NCBI GenBank assembly: GCA_039586365.1
Contig: JBDHKN010000023.1
Coordinates: 1-64,000 of the forward strand
Source of the DNA: Gemmatimonadota bacterium
Lineage (GTDB): Bacteria; Gemmatimonadota; Gemmatimonadetes; Gemmatimonadales; GWC2-71-9
DNA length: 64,000 nucleotides
Direction: 5' to 3'
The position numbers were made by a program, and so were the translations under genes. The notes beneath the pieces were generated by a model. The model worked only from the letters and a program-made list of their open reading frames with translations, made no database searches and had not been told where the DNA came from. Shown piece by piece: positions 56,983 through 64,000 of the stretch (positions are counted from its first letter, which is position 1; every line of letters starts with the position of its first letter).

Positions 56983-58509
56983 ATGAGCTCCGCCAAAGCA
57001 ACCGCATCTCTGTCGTCGAAGGGACGGCTCGATCGACGTTCCTTTCTCGCTGCCGCGACCATGGGTACCGCATATGCGTTCTTGCCGGGATTCGAGATGG
57101 GCCGAAACCGGCGGTTCCTTGTGTCGAACCGCGTCGAACCAGTGCGCGTCCGCGGACGAGTGGTGGCTCAGGGGCGCGGTCTTTCTGGGGTCGCCGTCAC
57201 GGACGGTTTGACGGTAGTGGACACCAACACGGACGGGGCTTTCGACCTACCGAGCTCCACCGAAAGATCATTTGTTCACATCTCCCTACCGTCGGGCTAC
57301 CGAATCCCGCGGAACCCCACGGGAACGGCGCGCTTCTATGAGCGCATTACCCCCGACGTGAGCGGGGCGAGCGAGGCGTTGTTCCAACTGGAGCCGCAAG
57401 AAGATTCGGACGAGCGCCATGCGTTGCTGCTGCTTGCTGACGTGCAGACAGAAGACATGGATGAAGTGCGGTGGTTCCGCGAACAGACGGTTTCGGACGT
57501 GCGTACCGTCGTATCCGAGCTTGGTGTGGAGGCTTTCGGCGCGGCGTGCGGCGATATCATGTTTGACCACTTGGATCTCTATCCTGAATACGAGCGCGGC
57601 ATCCGACAGACCGGCATACCGTTCTTCCAGGTGCTAGGGAACCACGACATGGACTACTCGAGCATGACTGACAGGACCTCCACAGAGACGTTCAGCCGTC
57701 AGTTCGGACCGCCGTACTATTCATTCAACCGAGGTGCCGCCCATTATGTGGTGCTGGACGACGTGTTCTGGAACGGTGTCGGGTATTTGGGTTACCTGAC
57801 GCACGAGCAGCTCACTTGGCTAGCAGCTGATCTGGCCCGGGTCGAACCTGGGGGTCCCGTCTTTGTTGCTCTGCACATTCCGGTGCTTGGCAGTCGTCAC
57901 GTACGTGAAGGTCGAGAGAATCCCGATCCCGGCATTTCGGTGACGAATCGAGCAGCTCTATATGAGCTACTCCAGCCCTTCGATGCCCACATACTTTCCG
58001 GCCACACGCACGAGAGCGAGCACGTGTTCGAGTCAGGAGTACACGAACACGTAAGCGGAGCCGTGTGCGGTGCATGGTGGAGTGGACCGATCTGCGGCGA
58101 CGGCACGCCGTCCGGCTATAGCGTTTACGAGGTTGACGGAGAAACGGTGACTTGGCGTTACAGATCAACCGGTCATCCATTTGATCATCAGATTCGCGTG
58201 TACCCACGCGGTGCAGATCCCAAAGCGCCTGACGAAATGGTCGCCAACGTATGGGATTGGGATCCGGCCTGGACCGTTGTTTGGTACGAAGACGGGGAAC
58301 GCAAGGGAGCAATGTCGCGCCGTGTCGGATTCGATCCGCTGAGCGCGGCACTTCACTCCGGGCCTGATCTCCCCGCACGGCGGCCCTGGGTGGAACCGTT
58401 GGCGACTGGCCACTTGTTCTACGCCCCGGTGTCAGTGGGGACGCGACTGGTGCGGGTTGAGGCGACGGATCGGTTTGGCCGGGTTTACTCGACAGAGTTG
58501 GGAGTGTAG
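56983..58509 (+). CDS. Tat-exported calcineurin-like metallophosphoesterase
   Basis: DRRSFL twin-arginine signal; ADVQ, GDIMFD, GNHD, LHIP, SGHTH, GAWWSG. Confidence 0.92.
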   Translation: MSSAKATASLSSKGRLDRRSFLAAATMGTAYAFLPGFEMGRNRRFLVSNRVEPVRVRGRVVAQGRGLSGVAVTDGLTVVDTNTDGAFDLPSSTERSFVHISLPSGYRIPRNPTGTARFYERITPDVSGASEALFQLEPQEDSDERHALLLLADVQTEDMDEVRWFREQTVSDVRTVVSELGVEAFGAACGDIMFDHLDLYPEYERGIRQTGIPFFQVLGNHDMDYSSMTDRTSTETFSRQFGPPYYSFNRGAAHYVVLDDVFWNGVGYLGYLTHEQLTWLAADLARVEPGGPVFVALHIPVLGSRHVREGRENPDPGISVTNRAALYELLQPFDAHILSGHTHESEHVFESGVHEHVSGAVCGAWWSGPICGDGTPSGYSVYEVDGETVTWRYRSTGHPFDHQIRVYPRGADPKAPDEMVANVWDWDPAWTVVWYEDGERKGAMSRRVGFDPLSAALHSGPDLPARRPWVEPLATGHLFYAPVSVGTRLVRVEATDRFGRVYSTELGV

Positions 58510-58549
58510 CGGAAGAGCGAGTCGCGGGCTTACGTTGCGCGTCGCAGCC

Positions 58550-60913
58550 ATGTCCCTAAGATTGCGTCACATGACGCGACTGATGGGACCGCTTGTCTGG
58601 GGGCTCCTCACCCTAGGGTCGATCGGCAGTGCGGCCACACAGGACACTGCCCATGTCGTTGTGGTGGCCACGACCGATGTGCATGGCCGCGCATATCACT
58701 GGGATTATCTGAACGACCGGGAAGCCCCGTTGGGACTGACCCGTGTCGCCACGGTTGTCGATTCCCTCCGGGCGAGGTACATGGGGCAAGTCGTCGTGAT
58801 CGATGCCGGGGACCTGATCCAGGGCAACCCGTTTGCGACCTATTTCGCGACTGAGCGAGTCGTCGATCCGCACCCCGTGGTTGATGCACTGAATGCGGTT
58901 GGATTTGATGTAGCCACTCCGGGCAATCACGAGTTTGACTTTGGCGTGGCAACGTTCCAGCGTGCGGTGTCAGGAGCAGCGTTTCCGATTGTCTCAGCCA
59001 ACGTCTATCGCCTGCCGCGAGATACGTTGGTCTTTCCGCCCTACGTGAAGTTGCAGAGAGATGGCGTTCAGGTTGGCCTGACCGGGTTCACCACGCCTGG
59101 GGTCATGGTGTGGAACCAGCAGAAGCTTGCGGACCGGGTGCTGGTCAGGAGGCCGCTGCCCGCTGTCGAGAGGGCCTTACGCTCGCTCGAAGCAGAAGGT
59201 ACAGACCTGCGGATAGTGATCGCGCACAGCGGGATGAGTGCGCCGGCCTCGTATGACACGATCGGTGTTGGGCTTGAGAACGAAGCGGCGCGATTGGCTG
59301 AGCTACCTGTGCCACCTCACTTGGTCATTGTTGGCCACACGCACCGTCACTTCGCCGACTCTGTGATAGATGCTGTTCATTTCGTGCAGCCAACCCAATG
59401 GGCCCGCTCGGTTGCAGTGGCACACGTGTGGCTCGTTCGGGAGCGGGGAGCAGTTAGTGGTGAGCAGGGCGCCGAGCGGCGGCCATTCAGAGTGGTCCGG
59501 ATTGAGGGTGAGGAAATCCCGCTGGCAGGTGTGGCGCCCCACCCTCTGGTGGCTCAACGGCTCGAGCGATCCCACCAGTCAGTTCGCCTCTGGGTAATGA
59601 CGCCGTTGGCCAGAATAAGCGGCTATTGGAGTGCCCAGCACGCGCGCGCCGGCGACTCGCCGATTATCGATTTCGTCAACGAAGTTCAGCGCAGGACTGC
59701 CGGAGCCGATCTGTCCGCCACCGCGGCGTTCAATACGAGAGCGCGGTTCGGTCCGGGTGCGGTGCGGCTGAGCGATGTTGCCGCCATATACCCGTACGAG
59801 AACACGCTGAGGGCAGTCACGATTGACGGGGCCGCTCTCAAGGAATACTTGGAGCAGTCGACGGCCTATTTCAGGTCCTTTGGGCAGGGCGATCAGATCG
59901 TCAATGACAGCATCCCGGGATACAACTTCGATATTGTGAGCGGTGTCGATTATGTAATCGATCTGACCCAACCCGTAGGCTCCAGGATTCGTCAACTAGT
60001 CAGGGGTGGTCGTCTTGTTCAGCCGACCGACAGCTTCACCCTCGCGCTCAACAGTTACCGCCAACAGGGAGGTGGAGGGTTCGACATGTTACGGGGGCTG
60101 CCTGTGGTGTACGATCGCGAAGAGAACATCCGGGATCTACTGGCGGACTGGATTCGCAACGCGGACACCCTGGTCAGTGACGATTACTTCACTCCTTCGT
60201 GGAGCATAGTCCCCGCTGCAGCCGCAGAGGCGGTGCGAAACGCGTTCGGGCCACCGGAGGCGGTGCCCCCCCCAGCTGCCCTGCTTCCGGTGGACTCGGT
60301 CACACCCGCCTTTGCTGTGCCTGACACGGCTCGACGAGAATCGCCCACACCGGTGGTCCCAGTCGCCCACCTCAAGTTCCCGCTTGAGCCCAGTGATCAG
60401 GAGCACGCGCTTGGTAGGCTGATTGCTGATGGGTATCGCAACGGCGCCAGGACTCAGTTTGCCCTGGTGCTGAACGAGTCAATCCGGGGCGGTGTACGGG
60501 CTGGACCGATCGCTCGCAGTGATCTGGAGGCGGTATTTAGCGAGGTGGAACCGCTCGTTCGTCTGGCCGTGACCGGGCAGGTCGTCTTAGAAGCCCTGGA
60601 GCTCGTGGTAGCGAGCGGCACTCCAAGCGCACACGTGGCCGGGCTCGAAGTCTGGTACGATCCTGATAGGGCAAGTGGCAGGCGCGTGCGGCGCGTCCAG
60701 TTCCCAGACGGACGGGAGGTGCGGCGGAGCGAGAGCTACACTATTGCACTGGCGGCTTCCGTCGCCGGAGGGGCGGAGGATTTTGGCATGTTTGTGGGGG
60801 CGCAGCAAGAGCCGGTGGGAATGACAGATCTTGAGGCATTGCTATCTTATTTGCCGCGGCTAAGACAGCCGGTGGAGGCCCCCGCGACCGCGCGGTTCCA
60901 CACCGTAAGGTGA
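58550..60913 (+). CDS. 5'-nucleotidase / 2',3'-cyclic phosphodiesterase family protein with duplicated C-terminal domain
   Basis: TTDVHG, DAGDLIQG, GNHEFDFG, AHSG, GHTH, IYPYENTL, NSYRQQGGGGF; signal peptide; start may be 58571. Confidence 0.92.
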   Translation: MSLRLRHMTRLMGPLVWGLLTLGSIGSAATQDTAHVVVVATTDVHGRAYHWDYLNDREAPLGLTRVATVVDSLRARYMGQVVVIDAGDLIQGNPFATYFATERVVDPHPVVDALNAVGFDVATPGNHEFDFGVATFQRAVSGAAFPIVSANVYRLPRDTLVFPPYVKLQRDGVQVGLTGFTTPGVMVWNQQKLADRVLVRRPLPAVERALRSLEAEGTDLRIVIAHSGMSAPASYDTIGVGLENEAARLAELPVPPHLVIVGHTHRHFADSVIDAVHFVQPTQWARSVAVAHVWLVRERGAVSGEQGAERRPFRVVRIEGEEIPLAGVAPHPLVAQRLERSHQSVRLWVMTPLARISGYWSAQHARAGDSPIIDFVNEVQRRTAGADLSATAAFNTRARFGPGAVRLSDVAAIYPYENTLRAVTIDGAALKEYLEQSTAYFRSFGQGDQIVNDSIPGYNFDIVSGVDYVIDLTQPVGSRIRQLVRGGRLVQPTDSFTLALNSYRQQGGGGFDMLRGLPVVYDREENIRDLLADWIRNADTLVSDDYFTPSWSIVPAAAAEAVRNAFGPPEAVPPPAALLPVDSVTPAFAVPDTARRESPTPVVPVAHLKFPLEPSDQEHALGRLIADGYRNGARTQFALVLNESIRGGVRAGPIARSDLEAVFSEVEPLVRLAVTGQVVLEALELVVASGTPSAHVAGLEVWYDPDRASGRRVRRVQFPDGREVRRSESYTIALAASVAGGAEDFGMFVGAQQEPVGMTDLEALLSYLPRLRQPVEAPATARFHTVR

Positions 60914-61022
60914 TCGGGAGTCTCAGCGTGGATCGTATGGTACCAGCTTTCATCCGGCGCGTCGTCCCAGTGGTGGGCGGCTAACGGTAGCCCGCCTTCT
61001 ACGATTCTCAAGGACACAAAGC

Positions 61023-62048
61023 TTGACCCTTACACCTGAGCTGATTCGTCGTCTGCCCAAGGCTGAGCTCCACGTGCATCTCGACGGCTCGCTGAGGCCG
61101 GAGACGATGATCGATCTGGCTCGTGAGCAGGGGGTCACACTGCCGGCTGACGACGCCGCGGCCCTGGCTGAGGCGGTGCACGTCCGCAGTGCTAGAAACT
61201 TGGAAGAGTACCTCGAGCGGTACTACATCACCGTATCGGTCATGCAGACGGCTGCAGCACTGGAGCGCGTCGCGAACGAGTTCGTCCATGATTTGGCTGC
61301 CGAGAACGTGCGGTATGTCGAGGTGCGATACTGCCCGGCTCTGCATACGCCTGCGCTCAGCCTGACCGACGCGGTAGAAGCTCCCCTTGCGGGGCTCAAG
61401 CGAGCCGAGAGCGAAACGGGAGTTATGGCGCGGCTCATTGTGGCCGGTCTGCGAACGTTGCCACCAGCGGTATCGGAGGATCTCGCTAGGCTTGCCGTCG
61501 ACTATGCTGGTGACGGTGTAGTGGCTTTCGACCTGGCTGGTTCGGAATGGGGCCATCCTGCAAGAGAGCACGTCAAAGCCTTTGACATCGCGCACCGGTA
61601 CGGATTGCCGTGCACCTGCCATGCTGGTGAAGGAGACGGCGCCGATTCCGTTGCTCAGGCTCTGCACCTCTGTGGAGCCCATAGAATCGGGCACGGCACT
61701 CGATTGCGGGAAGACCCTGAGACCGAGGAGTTCGTGGTTGAGAATCGCATACCGCTCGAAGTATGCCTCACCTCGAATCTCCACACTCATACGGTGGAGT
61801 CAGTCGAAGAGCATCCTATCCGGCACTACCTCGATTGTGGCTGTGTGGTAACCCTCAATACTGATAGCCGGTTGGTGGACGGAACAACACTCAGTGACGA
61901 GTATTGGCTGGCCCATACCCGGCTTGACATCACGCGGCCGGAGATCGACAGCCTCATATTGAATGCGTTTCAGAGTGCCTTCTTGCCGGAGGCGGAGAAG
62001 ACTGCGCTCATTGCTCAGGTCCGGCGCGAACTCGAGGAGATTACCTAG
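61023..62048 (+). CDS. add: Adenosine deaminase
   Basis: PKAELHVHLDGSLR, FDLAGSE, HAGE, RIGHG, EVCLTSN, NTDS. Confidence 0.93.
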   Translation: MTLTPELIRRLPKAELHVHLDGSLRPETMIDLAREQGVTLPADDAAALAEAVHVRSARNLEEYLERYYITVSVMQTAAALERVANEFVHDLAAENVRYVEVRYCPALHTPALSLTDAVEAPLAGLKRAESETGVMARLIVAGLRTLPPAVSEDLARLAVDYAGDGVVAFDLAGSEWGHPAREHVKAFDIAHRYGLPCTCHAGEGDGADSVAQALHLCGAHRIGHGTRLREDPETEEFVVENRIPLEVCLTSNLHTHTVESVEEHPIRHYLDCGCVVTLNTDSRLVDGTTLSDEYWLAHTRLDITRPEIDSLILNAFQSAFLPEAEKTALIAQVRRELEEIT

Positions 62049-63431
62049 ATGAACGGATTGTGGCTGCTCCAGTCGGCGGCGGAACAGATGGCGGCTGCGC
62101 GCGAAGGGTTGGGTACTCCCCTTCCGGCACGCCTGATGGGCGTGGTTGGCATGGCGACCATGGTGGGTCTTGCCTGGTTGCTGTCCAGCCACCGGAAGAG
62201 GGTCAATTGGCGCCTTGTTGGAATGGGCGTGCTGGTCCAGGTGTTCTTTGGCTTCCTCGTTCTCAAGACCCCTTTCGGAAGAAGGCTGTTCGAAGGTGCC
62301 AATACTGTGTTCATCGGGTTGCTCGGGTACACCAAGCAGGGTGCCGCGTTCATTTTCGGTAACCTCGTAGATACCAACGTTCCTGTCGGACTCCCAACCG
62401 GGACTCCGCTCGAGGGGGCACCTATTTCCTCACCTGAGCTGTGGGCTCATACGGGAGCTTCATTTGCTTTCATGGTGCTGCCTACGATCATCTTCTTTTC
62501 CTCACTGATGTCCGTGCTGTACTACCTTGGCGTGATGCAGTGGATCGTGAAGGGAATAGCCTGGATTATGCAGAGGACGATGAAGACCTCTGGCGCGGAG
62601 ACCCTTTCGGTAGCGGGGAACATATTTGTAGGTCAGACCGAGGCACCTCTCCTGATCAGGCCGTTTGTCGGGCAGATGACCTACTCGGAACTAAATACGG
62701 TCATGGTGGGTGGCTTCGCCACCATCGCTGGTGGGGTCATGGCGGCCTATGTTGGCATGTTGTCACCGTACTTCCCCGATGTAGCAGGCCACCTACTGAC
62801 AGCCAGTGTGATGAATGCACCGGCAGCGTTGCTCATCTCCAAGTTGCTGGTGCCCGAAATCGGCGAACCGGTTACGAAGTCCTCGTTGGCGGTGAACGTG
62901 GAGAAGCAAGAGGCTAACGTCATTGATGCGGCGGCTGCCGGTGCGGGTCAGGGATTGAAATTGGCCCTCAATGTCGGTGCCATGCTGCTGGCGTTCATAG
63001 CTCTGATTGCTTTGCTCAACGGGGTTGTAGGTGGACTGGGCAGCCTCATCGGTCACCCGGAGTTGTCCTTGGAGCTGATGTTTGGCTGGGTCTTGTCTCC
63101 ACTGGCCGCACTCATGGGCGTTCCTTGGGCCGATGCCACTGACGTGGGATCTCTCATTGGCATAAAGATGGTTGTGAACGAGTTCGTTGCGTACCTGCAG
63201 TTGGCGAGTGTGATGGATGGTGCGGGGGTGCTGTCGCCCCGGGGGACAGTGATAGCTACCTATGCGCTCTTGGGGTTCGCGAACTTCTCGTCCATTGCTA
63301 TCCAGATAGGGGGCATCGGTGGAATCGCTCCAGAGCGACGCAGTGACCTATCACGTTTGGGGCTCCGGGCCATGATCGGTGGCAATTTGGCGGCTTTTAT
63401 GTCGGCTAGCCTAGCTGGGATGTTGCTGTAA
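62049..63431 (+). CDS. nupC: NupC/CNT family concentrative nucleoside transporter
   Basis: FAFMVLPTIIFFSSL, NIFVGQTEAPL, NEFVAY, GFANFSSIAIQIGG. Confidence 0.94.
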   Translation: MNGLWLLQSAAEQMAAAREGLGTPLPARLMGVVGMATMVGLAWLLSSHRKRVNWRLVGMGVLVQVFFGFLVLKTPFGRRLFEGANTVFIGLLGYTKQGAAFIFGNLVDTNVPVGLPTGTPLEGAPISSPELWAHTGASFAFMVLPTIIFFSSLMSVLYYLGVMQWIVKGIAWIMQRTMKTSGAETLSVAGNIFVGQTEAPLLIRPFVGQMTYSELNTVMVGGFATIAGGVMAAYVGMLSPYFPDVAGHLLTASVMNAPAALLISKLLVPEIGEPVTKSSLAVNVEKQEANVIDAAAAGAGQGLKLALNVGAMLLAFIALIALLNGVVGGLGSLIGHPELSLELMFGWVLSPLAALMGVPWADATDVGSLIGIKMVVNEFVAYLQLASVMDGAGVLSPRGTVIATYALLGFANFSSIAIQIGGIGGIAPERRSDLSRLGLRAMIGGNLAAFMSASLAGMLL

Positions 63432-63565
63432 GAATGGAACTGCCCCTCACCGCACGACCCTATCCGGGTGGTAACGCACCACATCCCCCAGCCGCACCAG
63501 GCGGTGCGCCGCCGCCCCTCAACTCCACCAGGCGGAATGTGGAATTCATGTCTCATGCCATCCGT

Positions 63566-63629
63566 CTACCGCCCGTTACCACCTTTACCGCCTTTACCGC
63601 CCTCTACCGCCCTTTACCGCCCTTTAACC
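63566..63629 (-). repeat. 10-mer tandem repeat (TTTACCGCCC-like) x~6, complement of the 54605 array
   Basis: ctaccgcccg ttaccacc tttaccgcc tttaccgccc tctaccgccc tttaccgccc tttaacc, then ATG. Confidence 0.85.
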
Positions 63630-64000
63630 ATGGTTGAAGTCCCGAGCGTCAAGCTCGCTGCAGAATTCGTCCGGTCATGGATTGGAGACACGGCGCCCCG
63701 GGCTGCAGTCGTGCTGGGTTCCGGTCTCGGCGCACTGGCCGATTCGGTTTCACATGGTCAGCGGATAGACTATGCCCAGATTCCGGGGTTTCCGGCCGCG
63801 ACTGTTGCGGGGCATCGGGGCGAACTGGTTGTGGGGCAGCTCGACGGTGTTCCGGTGATGCTTCAGAACGGACGATTCCATCTCTACGAAGGGCACGAAC
63901 CCGACGTTGTGGTGCTGCCGGTGCGGCTCTTTGCGGAGCTCGGGGCCTCGTATCTCATTGTCACCAACGCTGCTGGTGGCATCAATCCCAACTTCCACCC
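63630..64000 (+). CDS. punA: Purine nucleoside phosphorylase (truncated by window end)
   Basis: Not in ORF track. Manual translation: MVEVP..AVVLGSGLG..IPGFPAATVAGHRGEL..NGRFHLYEG..LIVTNAAGGINP. Confidence 0.93.
   Translation, partial: MVEVPSVKLAAEFVRSWIGDTAPRAAVVLGSGLGALADSVSHGQRIDYAQIPGFPAATVAGHRGELVVGQLDGVPVMLQNGRFHLYEGHEPDVVVLPVRLFAELGASYLIVTNAAGGINPNFH

Overview
Bacterial chromosomal window, GC-rich and gene-dense. Gene content suggests Gemmatimonadota or a similar lineage (inference from the PadR+ADOP permease pair, several Ser/Thr kinases, S9/S46 peptidases and a DUF5916 protein). I see no rRNA, tRNA, CRISPR array, transposase or prophage. Main blocks: (1) PadR/ADOP permease with a 14-bp inverted repeat upstream; (2) a sigma-54 promoter ahead of two paralogous acidic lipoproteins, a pseudo-receiver enhancer-binding protein, a TPR protein and a Ser/Thr kinase; (3) peptidases and thiamine-salvage genes; (4) tandem DUF1847, FeoB, Cys-rich FeoA and a PPK1 with a CYTH-like N-terminus; (5) heme o synthase and a caa3-type oxidase operon; (6) htrA and dnaK, with a sigma-54 promoter and palindrome upstream of dnaK. 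(7) The best candidate system: rhomboid, two microcompartment pentamer genes and a DeoC with an encapsulation-peptide-like N-terminus, followed (across a decayed phoB/phoR/porin scar and a Pho-box-like repeat) by a phosphoesterase, 5'-nucleotidase, adenosine deaminase, NupC transporter and purine nucleoside phosphorylase. This reads as a candidate nucleotide-scavenging route feeding deoxyribose-5-phosphate into a microcompartment. Two short tandem-repeat families (10-mer and 7-mer) and a ~280-nt structured intergenic element also occur. Family calls come from motif recognition only; no database searches were run.
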